A stretch of DNA of 52,088 nt, from NCBI GenBank assembly GCA_002296125.1, contig DBHI01000120.1, positions 32,329-84,416 on the forward strand, read 5' to 3'. This document shows, in pieces, positions 28,489 through 38,586 of the stretch (position 1 is its first letter; every line of letters starts with the position of its first letter). A model generated the notes under the pieces. The model was not told the origin of the DNA and did not search any database. It saw only the letters and a program-made list of their open reading frames with translations. Source of the DNA: Anaerolineales bacterium UBA832. GTDB taxonomy: Bacteria > Chloroflexota > Anaerolineae > Anaerolineales > UBA11657. The position numbers were made by a program, and so were the translations under genes.

Positions 28489-30111
28489 ATGAAAGTTAAT
28501 AATGACCTTGAAAGATTTGCAAATGTGAGATCCATCGTAGGTTTGATTGATTGGAGGCTTATAGTTCTAATTATTTTTTGTTGTAGTGTGCAAATGTATT
28601 TCTTATCTTCTCCATTTGTTAATTTGGAATATGTGTATCATCAGAGTGCGGAATTTATTTCTTACGGTTCTGGTTTAAGAGATTCTTTGTTGAATTTATT
28701 TGAAGGATTTAACAATCCAATTGGAAATGTAGTATTAATTGCTGGAGCTCAAAATTTGTTTGGTGTGACTGAATGGTCATCTAGAATGCCAGCATTGTTG
28801 TCGTGGGTTATTTGTGTTTCTGTAGTGTACGTTGTTTGTAGTATATGGTGGTATTCACCATTGGCTTTAATCAGTGTCACTTTAGTTAGTGTAGTACCAG
28901 TGTTTTGGGTATATAGTGGGACTACTTATCCTGATGTGCCTTTTACTGCATTAATTACATTAGCAATGTTTGTGGCTGGTTATGCTATAGATAAGCATAG
29001 TATTAAGATGCATTTGTTGTCAGCTTTATTGATATCTGTTGCTTCATTGATTCGTTACAACGGGCTATTATTTTTACCCGTTATTTTTATAAGTGCATGG
29101 ATTCATAGTCGTAATAACAAATTAGAAAATGTTATTGTATATTTACTAAAGGTTTTTGTATTTTATATTGGGTTTGTGATAATAGTATTGGCCCCGTATT
29201 TTGTTTGGACAAGACAGGTATTAGGGATAGTTTTCAGACCAGAATTTGTTTTAATATCAGCTAGTGATATTAAATTTCATTTGATTGCAACTATACCTCG
29301 TTTGGGTGGATACATAATGTGGTTAGGTGCTTTATTTGTTCCATTTATTCCAATAATTCTTAATTATATTAGATCTAGCTCATCTCAATCCTATAAGTGG
29401 GTGATTGTTTGTATTATGCCTTTGAATTTGGGTGTTGTGTTCTTAGTGCAATATTTGGAATCTTTTTCAGGTGAAGCATTCGGAGAAATGTGGTTTGGTT
29501 GGTTGGAAAGATTGTTACCATTTTTAGTTATTCAGGCAATGAGACTGGTATTTTTGTTAGTTGGTGAGTTGTGTGTTTTTGGAATAATTAAGTGGGGACG
29601 AGAAAAAGTATGGCCAAATATGTATATTAGTTTGTGGTTGTTGATTCCTTTGTTGATACATTCATTTTATAGAATGAGTCAAAGATATGTTATGTTTTTC
29701 TGTATTCCGCTTGCTATATTTCTATCTTTGATTTTATACAAATCTTTTATTAACGATGCTAAGAAGAGTCTAGCAATTTGGTCAATTACTATATATATGA
29801 TAATCTATTCCGCTGTTGGGATATTTACAACTATTTATTATAGTACTGAAGGTTATGCAGCTGCAGATATAGCATACACTGTTAATAATAACAATTATAA
29901 TATAGAAGCTAGTCGACATAATCCAGTGTTAACTAATTCTGCTTATTTGGTCGATGAAAGTAGATTTAGCAGCAATAATAATAATCAAGTTAGTCATCGA
30001 GTGGTTATGTTAGGTATAGGAGAAACAGTGGATGGAATAGTCTATTTGCGAGAAGTTAGAGTTTTGGGTATATTGTTAAAAAGTTATGCAATTGTGAAAG
30101 AGGTATATTAG
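28489..30111 (+). CDS. ArnT/PMT-like GT-C glycosyltransferase (second)
   Basis: 540 aa with at least 12 hydrophobic segments. The first loop NLEYVYHQSAEFISYGSG...NNPIGNVVLIAGAQNLFGVTEWSSRMPALL resembles the ArnT/PMT_2 N-terminus. The C-terminal ~90 aa are soluble and Asn-rich. Confidence 0.5.
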   Translation: MKVNNDLERFANVRSIVGLIDWRLIVLIIFCCSVQMYFLSSPFVNLEYVYHQSAEFISYGSGLRDSLLNLFEGFNNPIGNVVLIAGAQNLFGVTEWSSRMPALLSWVICVSVVYVVCSIWWYSPLALISVTLVSVVPVFWVYSGTTYPDVPFTALITLAMFVAGYAIDKHSIKMHLLSALLISVASLIRYNGLLFLPVIFISAWIHSRNNKLENVIVYLLKVFVFYIGFVIIVLAPYFVWTRQVLGIVFRPEFVLISASDIKFHLIATIPRLGGYIMWLGALFVPFIPIILNYIRSSSSQSYKWVIVCIMPLNLGVVFLVQYLESFSGEAFGEMWFGWLERLLPFLVIQAMRLVFLLVGELCVFGIIKWGREKVWPNMYISLWLLIPLLIHSFYRMSQRYVMFFCIPLAIFLSLILYKSFINDAKKSLAIWSITIYMIIYSAVGIFTTIYYSTEGYAAADIAYTVNNNNYNIEASRHNPVLTNSAYLVDESRFSSNNNNQVSHRVVMLGIGETVDGIVYLREVRVLGILLKSYAIVKEVY

Positions 30112-30119
30112 GTTAATTA

Positions 30120-31844
30120 ATGAATATTTTGGGTATAAATGCGTATCATGGCGGTGCATCAGCTTGCTTAATTCAAGATGGTGAGTTGATATCAGCTGTT
30201 GAAGAAGAACGCTTTGAAAGAATTAAGTATTGGGCAGGATTTCCTATTAATGCTATTAATCATTGTCTAAAAGAGGCGAAAATATCGATATATGATGTTG
30301 ATCATGTAGGGATATCCAGGGATCCTAATGCAAATCTGATAAGAAAAGCTCGGTTTGCAGTGCAAAGTAGACCTAGTCCAAAACTTCTTTATGATCGGCT
30401 TAGAAATAGACGTGTGGTAGGTAATATATCTACAGTTTTATGTGATTATTTGCAAATAAATAAAAGGGATTTAAAGGCATCGTTTCACAATGTAGAGCAT
30501 CATCGTGCCCATATGGCCAGCACGTTCTTTGTTTCTCCTTATGAAAATGCATCAATCTTGTCAATAGATGGTATGGGAGATTTTACTAGTACGATGTGGG
30601 GTAGAGGATTAGGTAATAAAATTATTGTTGATGATGCAATTCATTTTCCTCATTCTCTTGGAATTTTGTATACCGCTGTTTCTCAGTGGTTAGGTTTTTC
30701 TGAGTATGGTGATGAAGGAAAAGTGATGGGACTAGCTCCTTATGGTTCACCTAGATATGTTGATAAGCTGTTAAAGATATTACTGATACAATCAGACAAA
30801 ACTTTTTTAATTGATCAGAGCTATCTTAGCTACCGTGCTGAAGGTGGTACTATGACTTGGTATGGTGGTAAGCCTCGAATCGGAAAATTGTTTTCCGATA
30901 AATTTCAGAAACTATTTGGAGATCCTCGACTATCAAATCAGGAGATTACATCATATCATGAGGATATTGCTGCTTCATTGCAGGTAGTAACTGAATTAGC
31001 AGAAATGTCATTGGTGAAAAAGTTGTATGAAGATACAGGCATAGATAAATTGTGTTTGTCAGGTGGTGTCGCTTTAAACAGTGTGTTTAATGGTAAGATC
31101 TTACCAGAAACCGAGTTTAATGATATTTATATTCAACCAGCTGCTAGTGATTCAGGTACTGCTTTAGGAGTCTGCTATTACATTTATCATCAAATTCTTG
31201 GGTATCCTCGCAAATATAATATGACAAATGCTTATACAGGACCAAGTTTTTCAAATAGTTATGTAGAATCTGCTTTGAACAAACATACTATTCATTATTC
31301 AACATATGATTCTGAATCTCTAGTGAAAGAGATATCTAAATCTATTGCAGATGGTAAAGTAATAGGTTGGTTTCAGGGTCGAATGGAATGGGGTCCGCGC
31401 GCTTTGGGTAATCGTAGTATTATAGCTGACTCTCGAAATTCAAAAATGAGAGATATATTGAATTCCAGGATAAAGCATCGTGAGAAATTTCGACCTTTTG
31501 CTCCTGCAATAATGGATGAACATACTGGTGATTATTTTGATCAGTCATATCCTGATCCATTTATGCTAAAGGTGTATGGGGTTTTACCTGATAAGCAAGA
31601 AGTAATTCCAGCTGTTACACATGTGGATGGATCGGGCAGATTACAAACTGTTGCTCAGCAAGTGTCTCCATTATATTGGGAGTTGATAAATTCATTTTAT
31701 GAGCGTACAGGAGTTCCAGTGGTATTAAATACTAGCTTTAACGAAAATGAACCTATCGTTTGTAAACCTGAAGAAGCTATTGCATGCTTTTTACGTACTA
31801 AAATGGATGTTCTAGTAATTGGAAATTATGTGGTAACAAGATGA
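30120..31844 (+). CDS. Carbamoyltransferase, NodU/CmcH/TobZ family (copy 2)
   Basis: MNILGINAYHGGASACLIQDGELISAVEEERFERIKY, HHRAHMASTFF, GRMEWGPRALGNRSIIAD, FRPFAPAIM and VLNTSFNENEPIV. Confidence 0.92.
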   Translation: MNILGINAYHGGASACLIQDGELISAVEEERFERIKYWAGFPINAINHCLKEAKISIYDVDHVGISRDPNANLIRKARFAVQSRPSPKLLYDRLRNRRVVGNISTVLCDYLQINKRDLKASFHNVEHHRAHMASTFFVSPYENASILSIDGMGDFTSTMWGRGLGNKIIVDDAIHFPHSLGILYTAVSQWLGFSEYGDEGKVMGLAPYGSPRYVDKLLKILLIQSDKTFLIDQSYLSYRAEGGTMTWYGGKPRIGKLFSDKFQKLFGDPRLSNQEITSYHEDIAASLQVVTELAEMSLVKKLYEDTGIDKLCLSGGVALNSVFNGKILPETEFNDIYIQPAASDSGTALGVCYYIYHQILGYPRKYNMTNAYTGPSFSNSYVESALNKHTIHYSTYDSESLVKEISKSIADGKVIGWFQGRMEWGPRALGNRSIIADSRNSKMRDILNSRIKHREKFRPFAPAIMDEHTGDYFDQSYPDPFMLKVYGVLPDKQEVIPAVTHVDGSGRLQTVAQQVSPLYWELINSFYERTGVPVVLNTSFNENEPIVCKPEEAIACFLRTKMDVLVIGNYVVTR

Positions 31845-32815
31845 AGGTTTTAGTTACAGGTAGTTCAGGATTTATTGGATCTCATTTGGTAAATTCTTTG
31901 ATTAGCAATGGGCATATTGTAATGGGTATAGATTTAGTTAGCCCTATTGATAAATATGAGGGAAACTATGTTTTTCATCAATGTGATATATTAGATTTTG
32001 ATAGGCTAATTGAAGGTTTCGATAATTTTCAACCTGAATGTGTGATTCATCTTGCAGCAAGAACAGATTTGGATGAGAATGCTGAGTTAATTGTTGATTA
32101 TAATGTTAATATTGATGGTGTAAAAAATATAGTTGTTGCTTCTCAAAAGACAGATAGCGTTAAAAGATGTATTTACACATCTACTCAATTAGTATGTCGT
32201 CCAGGTTATGCTCCTAAGGATAGTACCGATTGGCAACCTCATACTTTGTATGGAGAAAGTAAGGTGCTAGGTGAGAAGATTATACATAATAATGATGATA
32301 CTAATGTATCGTGGTGTATAGTGCGACCCACTACTGTGTGGGGTCCAGGAATGAATGAACATTATCAGAGATTTATTCGGATGGTTGAATCAGGTAGATA
32401 TTTTCATGTAGGTGACAAATTATTACACAAATCTTATGGGTATGTCGGTAATGTAGCTCATCAGTTATTGAGGATTATGAGTGCCCCTTCCGAGAATATT
32501 CATAGAAGAGTATTTTATCTTGCCGATTATGAGCCTCTTTCTTTGAAAAAATGGGTAGATATGTTAAGTGATGAGTTAGGTTCTGGGGATATAATAACTA
32601 TACCTATAATCTTGGCAAGATTAGGTGCATTGGTAGGTGATGTTGTTAATAAGTTGGGTTTTTCAAGCTTTCCATTTAATACTTTTAGATTACAGAATGT
32701 GTTAACTGAATATCAGGTAAATACAGATGATACTGAAGAAATTTGTGGTGATTTACCGTATGATACTGAATTAGGAGTGGAGGCGACAGTTAAGTGGTAT
32801 AAATCATTAAAATAA
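31841..32815 (+). CDS. NAD-dependent epimerase/dehydratase family protein (extended SDR)
   Basis: MKVLVTGSSGFIGSHLV and YGESKVLGE (YxxxK). ATGA overlap with carbamoyltransferase 2. Confidence 0.85.
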   Translation: MKVLVTGSSGFIGSHLVNSLISNGHIVMGIDLVSPIDKYEGNYVFHQCDILDFDRLIEGFDNFQPECVIHLAARTDLDENAELIVDYNVNIDGVKNIVVASQKTDSVKRCIYTSTQLVCRPGYAPKDSTDWQPHTLYGESKVLGEKIIHNNDDTNVSWCIVRPTTVWGPGMNEHYQRFIRMVESGRYFHVGDKLLHKSYGYVGNVAHQLLRIMSAPSENIHRRVFYLADYEPLSLKKWVDMLSDELGSGDIITIPIILARLGALVGDVVNKLGFSSFPFNTFRLQNVLTEYQVNTDDTEEICGDLPYDTELGVEATVKWYKSLK

Positions 32816-32922
32816 GTTCAGTGGGTAATTTTGTTATTGTCTAATTTGTGTGTTTTGATCTAGTAATACATAATATACAGGTACAAGCAATATCTAAGCA
32901 ATTATAATAATTGAGGTCAAAT

Positions 32923-33939
32923 ATGAATTTGGATGGCAAAAAAGTTTTAGTAACAGGTGGAGCATCTTTTATTGGTTCTCATCTCACAGATGCATTAGTC
33001 GATAAAGGAGCAGAAGTACGTATTGTGGATAACCTTAGTAGTGGGCATTTGGAAAACATCAAATCTCATCTTGAATCTGGAAAAGTTGATTTTGTTGAGG
33101 CCGATCTAACTACTCCTGGTGTTTCAGTTGATGTGGTGAAAGATATACAAATTGTGTTTCATTTAGCAGCAGATCATGGTGGTCGAGGATATGTTGATTT
33201 ACATCAAGCTGCATGTACTACGAATTTAGCGTTGGATGGTATGTTGTTTCGTGCATGTCATGAAGAAGGAGTAGATAAAGTTGTGTATGCATCATCAGGG
33301 TGTGTATATCCTAATCATTTACAAAACAATCCGGATGAAATTCTCTATTTGACTGAAGATATGGTGGGACCTCCATATGATGCAGACAATATGTATGGAT
33401 GGGCTAAATTAATGGGTGAAATGACTTTACAAGCTTTTTATAAAGATTGGGGTCTTAAATCAGCTAGTTGTCGATATTTTACTGTGTATGGTGATCGAGG
33501 TCATGAAAATCACGCTGTAATTGCTATGATTGCTCGTGCATTCGTTAACCAAGATCCATATGTGGTGTGGGGTAATGGAGAGCAAATTCGTAATTGGACG
33601 CATGTTGATGATATTGTATCGGGCACTATATTAGCAGCAGAGAAAATAGATGATGGTACTGCAATTAATCTGGGTACTATGGAACGTACACGTGTTATTG
33701 ATGCTGTAGAAGAGGTACTTAAATCTACTGGTCATAATGCTACTATTGAGCTTCATCCTGAAATGCCAACAGGTCCGATGAATAGAGTTGCAGACAACAA
33801 ATTAGCTAGAGAGCTTCTTGATTGGTCACCTGAGGTTAAGTTTATGGATGGTTTACATCGAACAATTGAATGGTACTTTTCTACAAAAGATCGGGATCAG
33901 GTAAGCGCTGTTTTGGAAGATCGTCTTACTGAGCGTTAG
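32923..33939 (+). CDS. NAD-dependent epimerase/dehydratase family protein (extended SDR)
   Basis: The ATG at 32923 lies 6 nt after GAGGT (32913-32917); the ORF track starts at TTG 32911. KVLVTGGASFIGSHLTDAL and YGWAKLMGE. Preceded by the largest intergenic gap in the window (107 nt). Confidence 0.85.
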   Translation: MNLDGKKVLVTGGASFIGSHLTDALVDKGAEVRIVDNLSSGHLENIKSHLESGKVDFVEADLTTPGVSVDVVKDIQIVFHLAADHGGRGYVDLHQAACTTNLALDGMLFRACHEEGVDKVVYASSGCVYPNHLQNNPDEILYLTEDMVGPPYDADNMYGWAKLMGEMTLQAFYKDWGLKSASCRYFTVYGDRGHENHAVIAMIARAFVNQDPYVVWGNGEQIRNWTHVDDIVSGTILAAEKIDDGTAINLGTMERTRVIDAVEEVLKSTGHNATIELHPEMPTGPMNRVADNKLARELLDWSPEVKFMDGLHRTIEWYFSTKDRDQVSAVLEDRLTER

Positions 33940-33942
33940 TTT

Positions 33943-35187
33943 ATGAATGATATTTTGATGTTAAGCTTGGTATATGGTCCTGATACTGTATCTACAGCAA
34001 ATATGATGACAGATATTGCCAAGGGATTAGGTGAAAAAGGACATAATGTAACAGTGCTTACATCTGTTCCTCATTACAATCCATCTGATGAAGTTATCAA
34101 AAATCCAGTAATGCATTTTAGTTGGTTTAAGTTCTATTCAGAATCTATGGAAGATGGTGTGAGGGTGCTACGTGTTTTTATGCCACCCAAGAGGCATAAA
34201 ATTTGGGCACGAGCATTTGATTATTTGATTTTTCAGATATTAACAACTTGGTTAGGTTTGTTTAAGGTATCAAGTCCTGATGTGGTTTTTGTTACTTCGC
34301 CTCCAATTACACTTGGGATAAGTGGAATATTGATTGCATTATTTAGGAGTGGTAAGTTTGTATATGATGTGCGCGAGTTGTGGCCTGATGTTCCAGTGAG
34401 GATGGGATTATTTCGGAATGCTTTGCTAATTAAGTTTGTATATTGGTTAGAAGATTTCGTGTATAGTAAGTCTGCATCTATATCAACTATAGCTCGTAGT
34501 TTTCGAGACACATTAATTGTAAGAGGTGTGTCTGAAGACAAGTTGTATTTTACTCCTAACTTTGTTGATATAGATTTTATCATTCCATCTAATAGGGTTA
34601 ACAAATTTTCTGTTACGCATGGATTAGATGGAAAGTTTGTTGTGCTATATGCTGGTAATGTTGGCTTGACTCAGGGCCTTGAAATATTGATTGATGTTGC
34701 CAGATATTTTGAAAGTAATAATGAAGTTCAGTTTGTAATTGTAGGAGATGGAGCAGCTCATGCTCAATTAGAAAATGTAATTATTGAATCTGAAGTTAAT
34801 AATTTAACAATGTTACCGTTTCAATCAACTGAATTAGTGAATGACATGTATGCTACTTCCAGCATATGTATTGTGCCCTTAAGGAAGGGTTTTTCCTATG
34901 ATACAGTGCCATCCAAGATTTATACATCGATGGCTGCAGGTCGTCCCGTTGTTGCTTCTGCTGAAGAAGATTCAGAAACAGCATTTTTGTTAAATGAATC
35001 TGATGCAGGAATATCTGTGGAACCAGAAAACCCAAGTGCTTTAATTAATGCAATTTGTGAATATTATCAAAACAGAGATAGTATTTTGGTTTCAGGTGAA
35101 AATGGCAGGAGATGGATCGAACAATATTATTCTAAATCCGTTGTTATTGATGCATATAATGACATGGTTTTAGATATTGTTGACTGA
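33943..35187 (+). CDS. GT4-family glycosyltransferase, WbuB/WcaI-like
   Basis: N-terminus LSLVYGPDTVSTANMMTDIAKGLGEKGHNVTVLTSVPHYN is typical of the WbuB/WcaI subgroup. YAGNVGLTQGLE and SKIYTSMAAGRPVVASAEEDSE. Confidence 0.8.
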   Translation: MNDILMLSLVYGPDTVSTANMMTDIAKGLGEKGHNVTVLTSVPHYNPSDEVIKNPVMHFSWFKFYSESMEDGVRVLRVFMPPKRHKIWARAFDYLIFQILTTWLGLFKVSSPDVVFVTSPPITLGISGILIALFRSGKFVYDVRELWPDVPVRMGLFRNALLIKFVYWLEDFVYSKSASISTIARSFRDTLIVRGVSEDKLYFTPNFVDIDFIIPSNRVNKFSVTHGLDGKFVVLYAGNVGLTQGLEILIDVARYFESNNEVQFVIVGDGAAHAQLENVIIESEVNNLTMLPFQSTELVNDMYATSSICIVPLRKGFSYDTVPSKIYTSMAAGRPVVASAEEDSETAFLLNESDAGISVEPENPSALINAICEYYQNRDSILVSGENGRRWIEQYYSKSVVIDAYNDMVLDIVD

Positions 35188-35239
35188 GACAATGAATTAC
35201 TTTTTTGGTATCATTACTTTTTCTCATCATTTATAACCC

Positions 35240-36424
35240 ATGTTGCACATTTTCAAATTTCACAAATATAAATATCTACTGGGAATGTTATTAATAGTTT
35301 TGGGTTTTACATTGCCATTATTTGTTTTTGAGATAGCGTTTAGGATGTTTGGTCCGGATTGGTTAGATTTACGAATGCGTGAAATTAGTTTGAATGAGAA
35401 TGTATTCTTTGACACTGATTATGGTTGGCCGATCGAATGTAATGAAATTGGATGCTATAAATTTGTTCCAAATAGCGAATTTTTAGTATCTACAAACGAA
35501 TATAGTCATTCTGTTCATATTGGAAGCGATGGATATCGTTTAAATGGAAATAGAATCAGTGATTTTAGAAAAACTATACCGTTTGTAGGTGATTCATTTA
35601 CTTTTGGAGTAGGTGTTGAAGATCATCAAACTTTCGTTAGTATATTAGAGAGAGATTCTAATAATAGGTATTTGAATATCGGTATACCCGGTAATTCCAT
35701 TGTGCAACAAATTGATATTGTGAAGAAGCGTCATGATGATTTAGGAAGGCCTAATGAGTATGTTTTTGTATTTTTTTTGGGCAATGATTTTCAGAACATA
35801 TTAGAGAGCCGTCTTTTGGCTCCTGGCACTTATTCTAATAATATAGATTTAGAAGATGAAGAGGTTGATTATTATCCTACTGTTTCAAACAATTTTTCTA
35901 TTTTAGCTACGATCAATCAATTTGTTATTGACAATAGATTTCTAAGAGAGTTATATACTGTTCAATGGCTTCGTCACAAAGTTTTAATTCTTGTTAATCA
36001 ATCTAATGCTGATCTAATGGATCCTATTTTTCTGATGATGAGAAAGGACAAAGAATATTTGTCTGAATCAAAAAGTATATTTGTAGACGAATTGCGTCGT
36101 TTGGATGATCTTGCTGATGCTTTGGATTTTCAATATGCATTTTTAATAGTTCCCGATCGTCATCAAATTGATTCTGATTTGTTAAAAATTAGAATGGATT
36201 ATTATGGCATTGATTCAGAAGATATTGACTACATGTTACCTAATAATGTATTGAGTATATTATTAGATGAGCACCAAATTACCTATATTGATCCAACGGA
36301 GTGTATGAAAACGCAAGACAATGTTAATGAATTATTCTATATATTGGACAATCACTTAACAGTGAAGGGTCATGCTACGATGGCAAAATGCGTTGGAAAT
36401 AGTATAAATGATAAATTAGAATGA
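35240..36424 (+). CDS. Membrane-anchored SGNH/GDSL hydrolase-fold protein (glycan O-acyl esterase/transferase candidate)
   Basis: N-terminal TM YLLGMLLIVLGFTLPLFVFEIAF. All four SGNH blocks are present: FVGDSFTFG (Ser), GIPGNS (Gly), FLGNDF (Asn) and DNHLTVKGH (Asp-x-x-His). Confidence 0.75.
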   Translation: MLHIFKFHKYKYLLGMLLIVLGFTLPLFVFEIAFRMFGPDWLDLRMREISLNENVFFDTDYGWPIECNEIGCYKFVPNSEFLVSTNEYSHSVHIGSDGYRLNGNRISDFRKTIPFVGDSFTFGVGVEDHQTFVSILERDSNNRYLNIGIPGNSIVQQIDIVKKRHDDLGRPNEYVFVFFLGNDFQNILESRLLAPGTYSNNIDLEDEEVDYYPTVSNNFSILATINQFVIDNRFLRELYTVQWLRHKVLILVNQSNADLMDPIFLMMRKDKEYLSESKSIFVDELRRLDDLADALDFQYAFLIVPDRHQIDSDLLKIRMDYYGIDSEDIDYMLPNNVLSILLDEHQITYIDPTECMKTQDNVNELFYILDNHLTVKGHATMAKCVGNSINDKLE

Positions 36425-36430
36425 TTTGCC

Positions 36431-37471
36431 ATGTATGATGAATTAAGAATAACATTAATATTGATAACAACTCTTTATTTAAGTGATTTGGGTATTAAGA
36501 GGATGATCTTGTGGGCAACAAGCAAGGGGATATTAGATGTTCCTGGTGAGCGTAGTTCACATAGCATTGCTACTCCAACTGGTGGGGGTATTGTGATTGC
36601 ATTAGTTACTATTATTGTTTATTTAATTTCGAGCACAATTTTGCCTTCATGGTTTAAGTTTGATATTGCATCTTTTTTAATAGCATCTATAGTGATTGCT
36701 TTGATAGGATGGATGGATGATTTGTATTCCGTATCAGCTTTATGGAGATTTAGCATACAATCTGTTGTGGCAGTTTTTATGATTGTAACAGTAGGATTAT
36801 ATGACGAAATTGGAATATATGATTATTCGATCAGTTTGTCATGGTTAGGTTTTCCGATCACCTTTTTGTGGATTGTAGGTTTAATTAATGCGTTCAATTT
36901 TATGGATGGTATTGATGGAAATGCTGGGGGAATTAGTGTAGTAGCAGGAATATTTTGGTGTTTGATTTCTATATACCAAGGGGAGTTAAGTTTATTTGTT
37001 TTGAGTATTTTGGTAATTATGAGTTGTTTTGGTTTTTTGATGCATAACTGGCATCCTGCAAAAATATTTATGGGGGATAGTGGAAGTACTTTTCTGGGTT
37101 TTACTTTTGCGGTTATTCCACTTTTTATGTATCAATCAACTGGAAATATAAAAATTCCTATTGTGGGAGTTTTGATTGTTTCTCCATGGATTTGGGATGC
37201 AATTTACACGTTTTTGAGAAGATTATTTCGTAAGGAATCAGTTTTTACGGCACATCGTACATATATGTATCAGCGTTTGACTACTGCTGGATATTCACAT
37301 AGTCTGGGATCTGCTATTTATATTGCCCTTTGTATGCTTACCGGTATGTTAGGCTATATATATATAACTAGTACTGCTTCGAGACATTTGTTGATTGTTT
37401 TATGTTGTTCAATTGTACTGATAGGACAATTAGTCTTGGTGCTTATTGCTGAGGGTAGACAACATTCATGA
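36431..37471 (+). CDS. Polyprenyl-phosphate HexNAc-1-phosphate transferase, MraY/WecA/WbpL superfamily (initiating PGT, copy 1)
   Basis: GWMDDLYS, NAFNFMDGIDGNAGG and FMGDSGSTFLGF. About 10-11 hydrophobic segments. Confidence 0.88.
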   Translation: MYDELRITLILITTLYLSDLGIKRMILWATSKGILDVPGERSSHSIATPTGGGIVIALVTIIVYLISSTILPSWFKFDIASFLIASIVIALIGWMDDLYSVSALWRFSIQSVVAVFMIVTVGLYDEIGIYDYSISLSWLGFPITFLWIVGLINAFNFMDGIDGNAGGISVVAGIFWCLISIYQGELSLFVLSILVIMSCFGFLMHNWHPAKIFMGDSGSTFLGFTFAVIPLFMYQSTGNIKIPIVGVLIVSPWIWDAIYTFLRRLFRKESVFTAHRTYMYQRLTTAGYSHSLGSAIYIALCMLTGMLGYIYITSTASRHLLIVLCCSIVLIGQLVLVLIAEGRQHS

Positions 37472-38490
37472 AATTGGAAGGTTTACAACAATTGGTGATG
37501 GGTAAAACTGTTTTGGTTACTGGGGCAAGTGGTACAGTAGGTGGAGAAGTAGTTCGACAGTTAATCAAATTGTGTCCTGGACAGATAATTTGTTTAGGTA
37601 GAAATAAAGATAAGTTATCCAATCTATTTGTTACTAGTAAAATTAAGTGTGAAACCGAAGTTGTGTGGGAGACATGTGATATCTGTGATAGAGATCAGGT
37701 TAATGTTATTTTTTATAAATATGATCCAGATATAGTTTTCCATTTGGCAGCCGAGAAGGACATTAAATTGACTAATGCTGATCCGTTTAATTGTGTAATG
37801 GTTAATGTAATTGGCACTTTTAATATTGTTCAAAGTGCCAAAGAAACAAATGCAGATAATTTGTTGTTTACTTCTTCAATTAAGGCTAATTATCCTACAA
37901 GTATTATGGGTGCTACAAAAAGAATCGGTGAATTCTTAGTCAAATCTGCTGCAATTGAAATTGAGAAATCATATTACACAGTAAGATTAAGTAATGTAAT
38001 GGAAAGTGAGGGTGGTGTTTATTCTCTATTCTGTAATCAGATTGCAAATGGTGGGCCAATTACAATTACACATCCTGATGCAGTACGTGTGTTTGTTAGC
38101 GCTAAAGAGACAGCATGTTTGCTGTTATATTCATTGATGTGCGCGCATCCAGGTTCTGTTTTGGGATTGGCTGCTGGAAATAGGATGAAAATAGTAGATT
38201 TGGCAATAAGATTAATTGGTGAATATGAGTTTGAAGAAGGGCGTGAAATTGAAATAAGCTATGTTGGTTTGAGGAATGGAGAAAAATTAGTTGAAGAAAA
38301 TGTTGGATTGGGTGCTGAATGGCTTTCTACGACGCATGATAAGATTTTAGTATCTAATCAAACATTCGATTTGTCCGTGCTTAATAACGTTGAGGATAGC
38401 GTCATTGATTTGCTGGATATAGTGAGAAAAAAGGATTTAGATGGTTTGCAATCGGTGATTAGGACTATAGTTCTTGGATATGGTAGATAA
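37468..38490 (+). CDS. CapD/PglF/WbpM-like SDR catalytic domain (UDP-HexNAc 4,6-dehydratase family), soluble and divergent
   Basis: VLVTGASGTVGGEVVRQL, HLAAEKD, NVIGTFN, MGATKRIGE, RLSNVMESEGGVYSLF and GGPITITHPD, colinear with the Polysacc_synt_2 family. It lacks the usual N-terminal 4-TM domain. It has T-S-S-I-K-A (37870-37887) where the family has S-T-D-K-A. Confidence 0.75.
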   Translation: MKLEGLQQLVMGKTVLVTGASGTVGGEVVRQLIKLCPGQIICLGRNKDKLSNLFVTSKIKCETEVVWETCDICDRDQVNVIFYKYDPDIVFHLAAEKDIKLTNADPFNCVMVNVIGTFNIVQSAKETNADNLLFTSSIKANYPTSIMGATKRIGEFLVKSAAIEIEKSYYTVRLSNVMESEGGVYSLFCNQIANGGPITITHPDAVRVFVSAKETACLLLYSLMCAHPGSVLGLAAGNRMKIVDLAIRLIGEYEFEEGREIEISYVGLRNGEKLVEENVGLGAEWLSTTHDKILVSNQTFDLSVLNNVEDSVIDLLDIVRKKDLDGLQSVIRTIVLGYGR

Positions 38491-38586
38491 ATTGTATTTG
38501 TATGTTAGTTAAATATGTTTTTCAAATAGATAGATTAGTTTATTGGGTGCAAACCTACATCGTTTTTAGTTTGGGTAATTACTAGT

